DNA of 61,572 nt, counting the filler. It is 12 parts of 12 records of this genome, joined end to end, with 100 filler letters (N's around TTAATTAATTAA, not from the genome) between each part and the next. Parts side by side here need not be neighbours in the genome. Positions count along the whole stretch, not along the records: positions 1 to 5,011 come from SRR7504441_4955; positions 5,112 to 9,083 come from SRR7504441_4957; positions 9,184 to 15,459 come from SRR7504441_4958; 9 more parts are not named here. One strand, written 5' to 3'. Shown here in pieces: positions 1-12,003 of the stretch. The position numbers and the translations under genes are program-made. Under the pieces are notes generated by a model, which was not told the origin of the DNA, did no database searches, and was given only the letters and a program-made list of their open reading frames with translations. Every line of letters starts with the position of its first letter. Within the stretch, counting starts at the first letter, position 1.

Positions 1-71
1 CCAGCCGGCCGGACCTGAACGGAACCCGCTGCCGGCTCCTCCAGTTCTGGGGCTCGAAGAACCGTTGGAAG

Positions 72-2475
72 GTGCTGCTCGAGAGCTCGGGCAAGCAACT
101 GGGCATCCGTGACTCCAACCTGGAGCCTGTCCCGCCCGGAGAGATCTCGCCGCTGCTCCGGCGTTTCGAGAAAGTAGCGGTCGAACGGCTAGAGCAGCCC
201 GCTCACCCCACAGACGGGCAGGGTCGCGAAGCGACCGTAAGGCGGCCGCCCCCGCGCTTCGTGCCGGCCGCCGCCGAGCCGGCCGCCGCCCGGTGCAAGA
301 GCGCACCGTTGGCGCGGCGGCGGAACGGGAGCTCTCGCGAGCTGGACAGAAAGTTCAGCGCGGCGTTCGAGCAGGTGCGTCAGCTGGCCGAGCAGACGGA
401 CCGTCGGCAGCTGGATAAACTGAGTGCGCGCGGGATTGCGATGGCGCGCGGGCTGTTTAACAAGGCCGATTCTGACCAGAAAGGCTGGGCAAGTCACAAC
501 CAGGTGATGACGGCAATTCGCGACACAAAGGGCTCACACTCGCTGCTGCTCAGCGGCCGGAGCTGTAAGCAGCTACTGGCCCGGCTGGATCCTAGCGGGT
601 CCAAGAAGGTGCATCAGCCGGAGCTGGCGGGCGTGTACCTCGAGCGATACTTGCAGCAGTGCACTACTCTTTCTCTCATTGGATCTGCCAGCAAACACGA
701 GCCCGATCTCCTGGCCAAGACGTTCAACGACATGACTGAGAGTGCGCTCGCCGTGTATGCCGAGCTGGCCGAGGCGGCCGAGATCGCCTGCACCGCGGCG
801 AGGCTGCAAGGCCAGCGGACAGTGGAGCCGTCAGGAGCCGGGTCCCTTGTGGTGAGCCACCGGAGCGTCAAGAGATTCCTCCAGCAGCACGCCGGCCTGC
901 GAGGGCTGCTGTTTAGCCGGGGCCCGGGCACGGACGAGCTTTGCTCATGGCCAGAGGTTTTCTTTCTGCTCGGGCACCGGCAGAGCCAGATTAGTAGGAC
1001 CCAGCTGGTTGAGCTGCTCATGTGTCGGCCGTTACAGTCGGAGCAGCTGCTCGAGACGACCCTGCGCGAGGCTTGGACTGCCACCGAGCAGCTCCGGGCC
1101 GCTAACCAGCTCGCGGCCCACGAAGAGAGTTTGCAAGCAGCCGAGCGGCGGCACCAGCAGACGTTGCTCAAACTAGCTGCAAAGCAGGCGAGAGAAGCCA
1201 AGCAGGAGGGACAGACCCGGCCGGCGGCGCCTTGCGGCCAGAGCGAGTCGGAGCCGGCGGTGGAGCGAGCAGAGTTTGCGCCGGACCCAAACCTGGGGGT
1301 GGGGCTGGAGTTGAGGGAGGTGGGAGACCCTGCATACATGTCGATAGTGACTCTCGAAGGGCAGCACGGAATGCCTGAGATAGGCAAGCACGGCCCTGCA
1401 AACGTCTCGCTGGCCGACGCCCAGCTGAGTGTGCAGATGATGGAGGAGGACCTGACCCCATTGCTCCGGAGGCACAAGATGCGCGCTCAGGCACGAGTGA
1501 GTCAGCTGGGAAAGAATCGGCAGCTCAAGCTCGCCAACGCTCGAGTCAGTCAGCCCGCACCCAAACAGTCGCCAGAGGCCCCGAAGGAGCAGCCAGACGG
1601 GCCCAACCACAACGCGATATTCAGACAAGACGCACCTCGCTTTGTGCCAACTCACCCAGCCAGCCCAGTTCAGCCGACAATTGGAAGACGCTCCCGCAGT
1701 AGGAGCAAGGCAGCCCGGAAGCCAGACAACGCCGATCCAGAGTCGCAGCACCTGGAGGCGAATCTGCAGTACTTTGAACGATTCTCGTTGTCCACAGGCT
1801 TTCCGAACATCGCGGCCGATCCCAAACTGAGCCCGAGCAAGAGCCGTCCCAAGCCCAGCAGCCCACAACCTCCAGCCCGCCCGATCCGGGTAGCAGAGCA
1901 GTCAACAGGCAAGTTAGACGAATGGGACATTCACCTGCGGCGGCAGGCAGACCGGGCCGCCCGTGAGCGCGAGGCAGCCAAGATTCTTGACCCGAGCTAC
2001 GTGCAGCCGGCTGTGCAATCTTACCGGGACTCAAGGAGCAGCCCCTCCAGACAGTCCAAGCCGGCTGCGCCAACTACCAGCTCAGCAGACTGGGAGCCAC
2101 GCACGACCAGCACGCCCAAGCCCTGGCCGCAGGTGACTAGTGGTCTGTTGCAATCAAATGACCTGGGTGGCAGGTGCAGAGAGCCGCGGGCTCTGCTAGG
2201 CAGCGTGAGCTGGAGGACGCCACGGAGGCCCAGCGAATCGCAAAGGTGTCACATGACCTTCGTCGCAAATTGCAGCAGGTTAATCATGCCGAGTGATTGG
2301 GCTTTCTGACAAAGAATTGCAGGCACGGGTTGCGCGGAACATGTCGCAGGCATCTCTGGCGCATGCAATCAACATGCAATCCAGTGAGATCAGCGCCATT
2401 GAAAACGGGACAGCCCAGCCCAACAAGCAAGTGATAGCGGAGCTGGAAAGAGCTCTGGGCGCCAAACTACGCTGA
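72..2475 (+). CDS. Large protein: EF-hand-like region, coiled coil, PAM2-like motif, C-terminal MBF1/EDF1-type HTH (5' end uncertain)
   Basis: The 72..2132 frame joins via GT-AG introns 2133-2173 and 2279-2322 (both phase 0) to RELEDATEAQRIAKVSHDLRRKLQQ-ARVARNMSQASLAHAINMQSSEISAIENGTAQPNKQVIAELERALGAKLR*, a typical MBF1 C-terminus. EF-like loops FNKADSDQKGW and LDPSGSKKV. Confidence 0.7.
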
Positions 2476-2815
2476 TTCGTTGCCGATTCTTGGGCTGCAT
2501 CGTCAAAGTCAATGTCTGTGTGATGATCAATGTCTACGTAACACGAACAGCTGTTCACACTGCCACACTGCGGTTTACGCGGTTTGAGATCCCATATATA
2601 GATCCCATAAGATTCCACAAGGTACTAACAAGGTACCCAGACGAGTACCGTGATGTTTTCTTGATTTTTGATAAATTAATTCCTATAACTTGCAACGCTT
2701 TCAGCCTACTTTCAGCCATTAGACTTCAAGAGATCGAGAGGAAACTTCGCCCGTGAGGCTCCTGGTACCGACCCGCACAGTATGGCCAACGGAAAGCTGT
2801 TGGGCGCGAACGAAC

Positions 2816-4576
2816 ATGCCCGCCAAGAACCCGAGTCGGGCGGGCGATGAGCACGCTTACATCGAGATGAGCGCCCCGGGCGCCCAGCCGGCCCCGCGAC
2901 CCGTCCGCCCGGCGGCCAACTGGCTCCGGCCTTGGCCCCTCGCGGCGGCCGTGCTCTTCCTGGTCAATGCCCTGCTCATCGTCGATGTCACGATTCTGGG
3001 CACCAAGCTGGCCGACGGCAGCCAGTGCGACTCATACCCGGTGCGTTGGCCTCACCCCCTGTCCCAGTGACTGGGGCTGCAGGCTCCCAATGCCCAGATA
3101 GATTGGTGGAAGCGTCACTGGAAATTCCCGCGGCAGCTAGGTCTCGCGGTGGCAACATCGGGGGCAACAACATCGGTCGTGGACCTAGCAGCAAGCTGGC
3201 AGCAGCGGGGTCCGCATCGGCGCATTCTGTGCAAGACCCTCGGAGATCCTAAGTTGCCTGGCAAGCGGTATGCGGGCGAGCAGCGGATTCAGATTTGTTA
3301 TCCAGATCCAGGATCTACCAAGCCACAGAGCAAATGGCCGCTGCACATCACGATGCACGGCAATTTCGGCGGAGGCTGGTTTTCGTGGGCTTATCTCGGC
3401 TTGCAAAGGCAGATTGCCTCGTTCGGGTTTGTGGTGGCGTTGCCCACATCGTGTGCAATCGACAGTGAGTGCAACAACGGACAGTCGGACTTCCTCATGG
3501 CGGCTGCAACAATCCGATTCCTGGAACAATCCAATCCAGCCACCATTCCCGTCGACTGGGATGCTGCCTACAGCGTCTCTGGCCATAGCACAGGAGCACG
3601 TGCCGCGCTGATGATAGCCGCACTCAACGACAATCCAGAATATCTGAGGAACCTGACCACGTTTAAGGTGACTGAGCTCGACAGGAAAACTTTGAGCAAA
3701 GTCAAGGCTGTGGTGGCAAACCATCCGGATCCGATGTACGCGCATGACCAGAACCCAGATGTCGAGAATTTCAACATCACTTCCACCCCGTGTTTAGTGC
3801 TAACAGGCACGTATGACATGATTGAACCTGAGTTTTCAGCCTGGAAGACGTTTACGATGATAACTAGTCCAGACAAGGTGTTCATGAACGTACGATACGG
3901 GACTCATCTGCAGCCATTGATCGGGCACCCAGAAGGGGCATATATTGCTTATTTTTCGCAGCTGTTTGCACTCAATGAGACATCCCGCAAGAATAAGATT
4001 TATGGCAACCAGATCGGCTCGCTGAGCAACTCAGGTCTGTGGAATTTTGCAGTGGCTGAGAAAGGATCGCGAAATAATGGGGGAGGCCAACGACAAATTG
4101 GTTTTCTCGGGTGCCGACAAGATGGGGGAGACGTCCCCTCGAGGTTTGCCCAGTTTTGTAGTCTGCCTTTCGATCAAGCCCATGTACCTTCGCAGAAATC
4201 TCAGAAGTATACTGCACTACTGAAACAACATGATACCCTGATCAAGTGTCTCATCGGGGGTGCCCAAGGCGAGTACGCCTTTACGTCGTCGCCTCAGAGA
4301 TGCTTTGCTGCACGCTCGCGGCTGAGCGTGCTTTGGAATCAACATGAGGACTACATGAGAGCTGCACGACTGAAGTATTCCGCCTCCCTGAGAACTCAAC
4401 AGAAGGTGCTGATCAGCTACATGGCCGAGCTTGAGCTTGTCCTGTGGTCCCTCCAGTCCGGGGTGCTGCAAGGCGCCGCAGAAGAAGAGCTTTCGCAGTT
4501 GGTCGAGAGAGCAAAGATTTTGCGAATGAGAATGGTATCTTTGCCGATGATGCGCCAATTGAAAGAGATACCGTAG
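2816..4576 (+). CDS. Membrane-anchored chlorophyllase-like alpha/beta hydrolase
   Basis: ATG 2816 and a TM segment (LAAAVLFLVNALLIVDVTILG). GT-AG intron 3041-3082 joins in frame to ORF 3149..4576, which has MHGNFG, IASFGFVVALP, nucleophile motif SGHSTGA, VLTGTYD and GTH. Confidence 0.7.
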
Positions 4577-5011
4577 TGAGTCATCAAGCCGAGCCCAAGC
4601 ATCGAAGGTACTAGATACGGCTCTGATGACTCGGAAGGCGAGAAGGCGCGCTTAGTGACGCGAGCTGGTTAGTAGAGCTCGGTTCTAATAGAGCGCTTTA
4701 TTCTAAAGAAATCGGTAGATGGAGTGCCGCCGTCATTCTGGGTTGGGTGATAGCTTAATTAACCTACGAGTTGAGCTGTGTTAGAGCTCCATAGCCAATG
4801 CAACTTGGTTTTAAGTTGTGTTAGGGCTGTCCAGAGCCATAGCCATAGTCTACTTAATTGATCTTTAGTCTACTATGAAGTTCACACGGACGCCCGAAGC
4901 GTGCGCCACGCTCGAAGCCACGCTCCAAGCTCAACTCCTCGCAACATGGCGGTGCGCGCGGCCTGCCCGGTCTGGACGGCCGATGAGTAGCGGGCCGGCC
5001 GTGCGCTGAGC

Positions 5012-5111
5012 NNNNNNNNNNNNNNNNNNNNNNNNNNNNNNNNNNNNNNNNNNNNTTAATTAATTAANNNNNNNNNNNNNNNNNNNNNNNNNNNNNNNNN
5101 NNNNNNNNNNN
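5012..5111. other. Artificial contig linker (N-run/TTAATTAATTAA/N-run); first of 11
   Basis: Identical 100-nt all-frame-stop spacers also at 9084-9183, 15460-15559, 22365-22464, 27831-27930, 31314-31413, 35815-35914, 39990-40089, 45445-45544, 49734-49833 and 56809-56908. Confidence 0.98.
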
Positions 5112-5165
5112 CGGCCATGGTTCGTCCGTTGGAGCTCGGGACGGCTCAGGCCTTCGCCGTAATAT

Positions 5166-6206
5166 ATGCCGGCCGAACCGGCTAAGGGCGGCAGCCTCGG
5201 ACGGATCTTGGGACAGCAGCTGCTGGCCCGGCCTAGCCAGACAGTGCTATGGCTGCTCGACGCCGGGCTGTCCGACCAAGACGTGGTGGCGCTGGCCGGG
5301 GCGGTGGCCGAGCACTCTGAGCTGCGCCAGCTGTGGCTGGACGAGAACTGCGCTGGGGCTGCGGCAGCTGTGGCGCTGGCAGAGGCGTGCCGCAGGTGCG
5401 CGAGCCTGCAGCACTTGCGCCTCGACGAAAACCCAGCCCTAGGCGACCCGGGTGCCCGAGCGCTGTCCCAGGGGCTGCAAGCTTGTCAGCTGCGCGCCCT
5501 GTGGATGGCGGAATGCAACCTGACCGGGGCCAGCGGGCAGGAGCTGGCGCAGGCGCTGGCTACCGGCTGCCAGCTCCGTAGCCTGTGGCTGGGAGGGAAC
5601 CAGCTGGGGGACGTCGGCGCTGCGGCGCTCGGTACTGCCCTAGGGGCGCGGCACTGCCGGCTGGCGGAGTTGGGGCTCGGCGACAACCAGATCGGGCCAG
5701 AGGGGGCGGCGGGGCTGGCGACTGGGCTGCGGAACAACCGTTGGCTCCGGCGACTGGACTTGAACGACAACGCAGTGGGGACTGAAGGGTGCTTGCGGCT
5801 GTGCGCGGCGCTCGGGGCATCCAGCGGGCTCGAGGAGCTGCGGCTGCGTGACAACCAGATCGACGACCAGGCTGTTGGCGAGGTGGCCAGGGCGCTGGAG
5901 CGTGCGTCGAGCTTGGTGTTGCTCGGGCTGGAGGATAATTGCATAGGGGATCCGGGAGCGGAAGAGCTGGCGACGAGTCTGGAGCAAGCTGCTCCAAAGG
6001 CCCAGCTGCGAGTGGACGGCAATCCAGCCTGCCCGGGCAAACTCGGGCGACTGGTCGCCGCGGCGGTGTGTATAGCGGAGCAAGCTGGGCGTCCGAAAGT
6101 GCCGGATTATCGCTGGCCAGTCGACAAATCTCAGACACGGCGCTCTCCTCACTCAGTCGAAGCGCTGACGCGGCTAAGACGCTCATGTAAAGTGCATTTG
6201 TTGTAA
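5166..6206 (+). CDS. RNI-like leucine-rich repeat protein (NLRC3/RanGAP-type LRRs)
   Basis: ~28-aa repeats LxxLxLxxNxIGxxGAxxLAxAL (e.g. LRSLWLGGNQLGDVGAAALG, LAELGLGDNQIGPEGAAGLA). Confidence 0.85.
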   Translation: MPAEPAKGGSLGRILGQQLLARPSQTVLWLLDAGLSDQDVVALAGAVAEHSELRQLWLDENCAGAAAAVALAEACRRCASLQHLRLDENPALGDPGARALSQGLQACQLRALWMAECNLTGASGQELAQALATGCQLRSLWLGGNQLGDVGAAALGTALGARHCRLAELGLGDNQIGPEGAAGLATGLRNNRWLRRLDLNDNAVGTEGCLRLCAALGASSGLEELRLRDNQIDDQAVGEVARALERASSLVLLGLEDNCIGDPGAEELATSLEQAAPKAQLRVDGNPACPGKLGRLVAAAVCIAEQAGRPKVPDYRWPVDKSQTRRSPHSVEALTRLRRSCKVHLL

Positions 6207-6249
6207 AATGCGGCGTGCGTACAGACGATTAATCTTTGCAATGTGTTGC

Positions 6250-8940
6250 AAATCGCCGTGGACTGATCTCTATTGAACGAATTGTACACCACTGGTCGCA
6301 CTGGTACACCACTCGGCGAGGCATACATGTACCGGTATACTGCCGTACTGCCATGGATAGCGCTGACCGGTCCGCTTCGCGTCATGGATAGCGCTTCGCC
6401 TCTATGCTTCGCCTCACCCCAGTTTATTTTGAGAATCAGATTGAAAGCAGCTCTAGGAAGGACATATGCTAGAGTTGTAACCACCAAGCGACGAGAATTG
6501 GCTCACAGAAAAGTAAATCGCCGGCATCGACAGGAGCACAACTGAAAACGTTACAATTGTGATGGCTCCGAATTTGGTGAATATCTTCCGTGCGCGGTAA
6601 ACACTGAGGAAAAGCGAGTCCGACTCATGACGCTTGCGCAGCACCAAGAATGTCACGGCGGGAGCCGTGCCAAGCACAACCAAGAGGCACAGCGGGATCC
6701 AAGTCCTCGCTCTATCGAACTGCCCGTTTTTGCACACTAGATACACAGGATCGATTGCGAAGATGACAACGACCAATGAAACGACCCATCCATACCAAGC
6801 AAAGTTCAGACGGAGCCAATGGGCGAGACCAAGATATCTTGAATCTACAGCGAGGTCCGTCGAGCCATCAGGCCGACCAATCTCCGTAAGCGGCCCTGAA
6901 ACATATCAAAGCTTGAAACCAGCGAAGGGCAGACCTTGCGGGAGTCGGTTGAGGATAAAGTCTAGCATGCCGATGTCGGCCTTGCCGATTGTAAAGATAG
7001 TATCCTCGACTAGCAGCTTACTCAACCCCGTTGCGCGCAGGTAGGCAACAGTCTGGTTGTCTACATACTGAGGCAACTGGAACTTAAGCAGGCAACCGAG
7101 CAGAAACACAATTAATCCCATCAGTGAACCTGCTATCGGCAGATTATCGTCTAGAGCAATCATCTGCGAGACAGCTCAGCTGGGAAGTGCAGCAGTCACC
7201 TTGAGCCACTGAAACGGTACAAGCGCCATCACCACGATCAGTAACGTCGATGTCTTGAGTGCGCGGCCGGCAGGCACTGCCCTAACCAAAAACTCGACCT
7301 AACCAACCGTTATACGTTACATATAACGTTGACAATGAACACCGTCCGCCGATTTGCAGGCAAGTGATGGTCAAGATGAAAACTCTCAGGGTTGGCCTCT
7401 CCAGTAATGCTGGACTCACCCACAAGTTGCTCACCGGAGAAGATTTCCTTCCTTGTCTTCTGCCGGTCACAACAGCCCGAGTCAGTGACTCTCTGTTCGC
7501 CGAGCCTTGCAATCTCAACGTCCAGCCTGCAACCCGCTCACCGACCAACTAGCCGCGCATGCACCATTGGGCAAACGGCACCCACTCACACCCGGCATGC
7601 CGCAGCGGATCCAGGCGAGAGCAACTTTGAGCCTGTTTAAGCAGCTCACTGTGAGCCTTCGACAGTCGACAGCCGGCCTGGAGAGACTCAACAGCCTTGT
7701 CAAGCTCAAACAGCGCAGGGAGTTTGCTCACGGTACTCCAGGCCAGCCACTGATCAATAGTGATTCCGTCCTGCACGTCCCGCAAACGCTGGAACCAATC
7801 GGCACACGCGGCTTCAAAGCGGTTGCATCGCTGAGGCCCGATCCCCTGATAGCCGAATCTCAGGATCGGTGACATTCGGTAAAAACCCTATCACCCCAAT
7901 TCGGGCCCTGCTATGCCAAAAGCCGACACCTGAAGAGTGAGCTTGCAGGTCAGTCCTTGCTGGTCGGCCGACGATGCTGGAGGCGAGACTGCAAGCACCT
8001 CGAACAGCGCACGTAGTTGTGCAGCTTGAAGTGTGCTGAGTCCACTCTGGCCGCTTTGGAGCTTGGCGAAGCACTCGTTAGGACAAAGCTGCTCGGCTGG
8101 GAAAGGGCGATTATCCACATTGTCTGACAGTAGCTTTACGTATGAGCTCTTCCAGAACAGCCGCATGCATTCTTCCAGCACGATCACAAAGCACGCAAGG
8201 CAGAGCGTCCCCACCATGACAACATCCGACCAAAACCTGCAATGGGCTCAGACCGGCATGCTGTGCCTAGCACACCATCCGCGCGAGCCGAATTCGGGGA
8301 AGTTGCCCTCACAGCTGTCCTTGTAGTACATGATTGGGTATGAGCAGGTGCAGGAGGATACCCCGAGAATGGCCTTGGCAGCATCCGACTGAGCCTGACT
8401 GGCGGTCTCTAATGGATAGCATTCGGCTTTGAAAGTCTCATAAAGCGTGTAGAGCACATAGTATCTACGACCCCCTAGTAGTCAGCAGCCTAGTAGGCGA
8501 TACTAGGGGTACCCAAATAGGTCGAAGAGCACGTTACTCCAGCGCCAAAGCGTGGGCAGCCAGCCCCAGCCCGACTGCCGACGTGCCAGCCGCTGGCCGA
8601 ACGACTTCCAGCGTAGCACGCGGCACAGCCGTTGCCCCCGGGCGATTCGTCCCGGGATATCCCGGTCAGACCCCTGGCACTTCCAACTGCTAGCCCTCGC
8701 CTCGGAGGAGGGGACCACTGTGTTGGAGGAGTCAGCGGCTGCGGCTGCGCAGCCTGAATTCACCCTGGGTGCACCTCTCGAGCCGCACTCGGGCCGGGTC
8801 TCCTCCAGCCACTGTCTCATCTGGTCCTCCGCCGGCCCCGAAGGCAAGACTTCCACTGTCTCCAGGTCCAGTCCCTCGTCTGTGGCCTCCGCATCGGTGG
8901 ACTGGCACGGCCAACAACCCGGCTCCCGGCCACTGTCCAT
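6250..8940 (-). CDS. Multi-exon multi-pass membrane protein of unknown function (3' end approximate)
   Basis: Chain of minus-strand ORF pieces (8503-8940, 8248-8457, 7891-8217, 7549-7875, 6906-7163, 6453-6776) with several hydrophobic helices, separated by ~40-nt gaps consistent with introns. Confidence 0.5.
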
Positions 8941-9390
8941 GCAGTTAGCTATAGCCCGTTCTTCACAAAAACGTAGATCTAGAGATCTACGACCAGAAAT
9001 ACGCGATCGCGATCGCGAGGGACCTGCATCCAGGCATGACCAGTGGTGTTGAGAGGGAAATGATTTTGTATGACGTTCCAGGCNNNNNNNNNNNNNNNNN
9101 NNNNNNNNNNNNNNNNNNNNNNNNNNNTTAATTAATTAANNNNNNNNNNNNNNNNNNNNNNNNNNNNNNNNNNNNNNNNNNNNCCGAGGAGTGCATGTTT
9201 GTTCGTCTGCGTCTTCGAGTTTCTCTCTTCGGGCGACTCACTCGGGCGCAAAAAAGTTCTCTCTCGCCTGCATGTAATTGTTCTCAGCCACAAAATATAA
9301 ATAGAAATAGAAATAGTATTGCGCCGTGAGATTACATGTATGAAAAATAATCGTGTCAATCATAAGTATCTCAAACCACATGACATCTCA

Positions 9391-11907
9391 TCACAGGGTG
9401 AACACATGATCTGGTGGCCCGAGCTTACAATTACCCGTCCATACATTCAGAACGCCCTGCATGAGATCAAAGATACCAGTCACCTCGCTGAAACAATCAT
9501 CCGGACCGGTATGATTCCTATAGACTGGCCAGTTGCCCTCGGTGTCGCCGAGGAACCGTCGCATCCCGCCTAAATCCTGAATCGGTTGCATCTGCCGCCA
9601 GCGGTTGGCTCGGCTCTGTGTGCTGTTATCTGGAAATTGCTTGGCCTCCTTTAACTCTTTGAACTCATTCCCATGAAAGTAGCTCTCACCCGGCCCAATC
9701 GCCCTCTGTGCCACCCGTCGCCCGCCGCCGGTGTCCACCTCAAGCTGCACCAGCCGGCTATTCGTACCACGCCATCCCAGTTGGTAGCTCATCGCAGTTG
9801 ATACGTTCGGCTGGGCGGCCCGGGCAATCGCTTGGTCAAGTGAGCTGGCAGTGAGTAGATGCCTCGCGGCGAACGCAGTCCCGATCCCACCGAGCTGATA
9901 CCGGCGTGGAAACAGGCTGTTGACGGTATAAACTAGCCCGTGGCTATTCCAACTGATATCCATCCCCGGAAGGTAGCCCGGATAGACCCAGCTGCCCCAG
10001 CTCAGGCTATCGCTCCGCCGTGTGGCAGTGATGAAGTAGGCGAGGGTGCGCCAATCCTGGGTCCAGTCGTCGGTATGCCCGAGCAGCATCCCACTTGGCT
10101 GGTTTAGCATCACGGACGAGCATTTAGCCACCCTCAGCTTGGGCTCGGCCAGCTGCACCAGCTCTTCCCTGAAGTTGTTCACAACTAACCGCCCAACCGG
10201 CACACCGGACCCGTCCGACATCCCCTCAAGCTCCTCCCAGTAGAGCGGAAACGCCGCCTTTGAGTCCCGGGCCAGCGAGGCCAGCACAGCCGCTCCTTGG
10301 GTGCCGTTGGTGTACCGGAGCAGCAGCTGGAGCTCCGGGTCCGGCGCCTCGAGCATCACCCGCCGGATACTCGGCCCGAACTCCGCCCCAATCGCCCGGC
10401 CGAGCTCCCGGTGCCCTGCCAGGTCGTCCGAGTACGCGATCCGCAGCTGCCGCACCGCTGGCGAGCGCTCAGCTTCGGCGGTCACACATGAAGCATTAAG
10501 CGCGGGTGAGACGGCCATAGCCGCGCCGTGCAGGCTGCCAGGGGTGCAGCGCCAGCTGAGGTCAGAGAGCGGAGCGCGGCCGGCAGCGAGCACCGAGACG
10601 TTCTGCAGCCGCAGGCCGTGCACCCCGCCAGGCCCAAGCGCAGAGGGCTCGGATCCGGCTTGGAGCCACCCAGCTGAGCGGTGCTTGGGGTCGCAGCCGT
10701 AGTCGACGCAGCCCTGGCAGCAAGTCAGATTCCGGGCGACGATGTTTTCAAACACCACGCCGGTCACCCTGGCCACGTCCTCAGGCGGGGGCGTTCGGTG
10801 GCCCTTGACGGTACCGAGATTGACATCAACCCCAACCGCCATCCCAGCGCTCAGAATTTCGATGTTGCGCCAGGTTACGTTGGTCACCTCCCCGCCCCGT
10901 GGCTCTGGCGTTGATAGTTTGAGCGCGATCCCGGCATATCCGACTGTGTTGTGTTCAAACAGGATGTTGTGAATGCCGCCCGACATCTCGGTGCCCACCT
11001 TGAGTGCGCCGCACCCGTCGCCCAACCCATGAAAGACGTGCGGGCACGACGCCGATCGGATCAGATTGTACCGGGCCCGGACATCGGTGCATGGCCGGCT
11101 GTGCGCTCGCCCGATCTGGTTGCGGCCACTCTTGATGCAAATCGCATCATCGCCGGAGATGATATCATTGTGTTCGACCAGCGCGCGGGTGACGGAGACG
11201 AGATCGATACCGTCTGCGTTCGGGCCATAGCAGTCTTCGGTCTGGTTGGTGCACCCCCCGCGGCCGCCACTTGGGTTCCGCACAGTCACGTGGTGAATGT
11301 GCACGTCTGAACTCTCAAGCACCACTAGATTCCAGAACCCGCTCGCATTCGTCCCAAATCTCGAGAGCTCCACCCGCCGACAGCCTTCGATCACCGCCAG
11401 CCGCGGCCGGCCGTATCGAAGCTGGCCTTGGCTGTTGGCTCTGTACCAGAAGAAGCCGTCGCCGTCGATTATGCCGGGGCCAGTGATCACCAGGTCTGAG
11501 ACGTTCACCGCGTGGATAAACGGGGCATACTGCAGCGCATCCCCATCGATGCCGTTGGCCCAGGGCGCCACTGTCGGCCAGTCTAGGGCGCTCAGTGCCT
11601 TGATCCGGACGCCAGCCTCGAGCACCAGCGTCAGGTTGGAGAGAGTAATCCGCAGCGGCCTGCTTAGATAGAGGCTCTCACCGCTCCCGGGCCGCTTGGG
11701 CACGATCAGGGTGCCACCGGTCCGGGCCAGCTGGGCGAACGCCTTTATGAATGCTGGCAGGTTGTCCGCCGCGTCCGGCGAGCCGCCAAAGTCGGTCAGC
11801 CGCACGGTCGGCCCGCCCGCACCGCCGGAGGTGACCGGGACTGTCTGCAACGGCCACGGCCCCGCGGCTGCTGCGGCCACTGCCGCGAGCATCAGGACCG
11901 TCTTCAT
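9391..11907 (-). CDS. Secreted GH28 polygalacturonase-like domain fused to a peptidase C45 (AAT/Ntn hydrolase) domain
   Basis: Signal peptide. GH28 motifs NADGID, GDDAICIKSG, LKVGTEMSGG. The C-terminal half has FPLYWEELEGMSDGSG, Ntn nucleophile AK-CSSV, GHTDD and WNSHGL. Intronless 838-aa ORF. Confidence 0.85.
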   Translation of the reverse strand: MKTVLMLAAVAAAAAGPWPLQTVPVTSGGAGGPTVRLTDFGGSPDAADNLPAFIKAFAQLARTGGTLIVPKRPGSGESLYLSRPLRITLSNLTLVLEAGVRIKALSALDWPTVAPWANGIDGDALQYAPFIHAVNVSDLVITGPGIIDGDGFFWYRANSQGQLRYGRPRLAVIEGCRRVELSRFGTNASGFWNLVVLESSDVHIHHVTVRNPSGGRGGCTNQTEDCYGPNADGIDLVSVTRALVEHNDIISGDDAICIKSGRNQIGRAHSRPCTDVRARYNLIRSASCPHVFHGLGDGCGALKVGTEMSGGIHNILFEHNTVGYAGIALKLSTPEPRGGEVTNVTWRNIEILSAGMAVGVDVNLGTVKGHRTPPPEDVARVTGVVFENIVARNLTCCQGCVDYGCDPKHRSAGWLQAGSEPSALGPGGVHGLRLQNVSVLAAGRAPLSDLSWRCTPGSLHGAAMAVSPALNASCVTAEAERSPAVRQLRIAYSDDLAGHRELGRAIGAEFGPSIRRVMLEAPDPELQLLLRYTNGTQGAAVLASLARDSKAAFPLYWEELEGMSDGSGVPVGRLVVNNFREELVQLAEPKLRVAKCSSVMLNQPSGMLLGHTDDWTQDWRTLAYFITATRRSDSLSWGSWVYPGYLPGMDISWNSHGLVYTVNSLFPRRYQLGGIGTAFAARHLLTASSLDQAIARAAQPNVSTAMSYQLGWRGTNSRLVQLEVDTGGGRRVAQRAIGPGESYFHGNEFKELKEAKQFPDNSTQSRANRWRQMQPIQDLGGMRRFLGDTEGNWPVYRNHTGPDDCFSEVTGIFDLMQGVLNVWTGNCKLGPPDHVFTL

Positions 11908-12003
11908 CCCCGTACGTCCAGCCGGCCCTCGGAGCGATAACCGTTACAGACTGCCGTTATTGCTGAATCGCCAAGGCGCCTCACCTCAGCATGTCCATAC
12001 CAA

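Noticed and set aside
5166-6206. LRR gene as an NLR immune receptor
   Set aside because: No NACHT/NB-ARC domain is visible; standalone RNI-like LRRs are common in protists.
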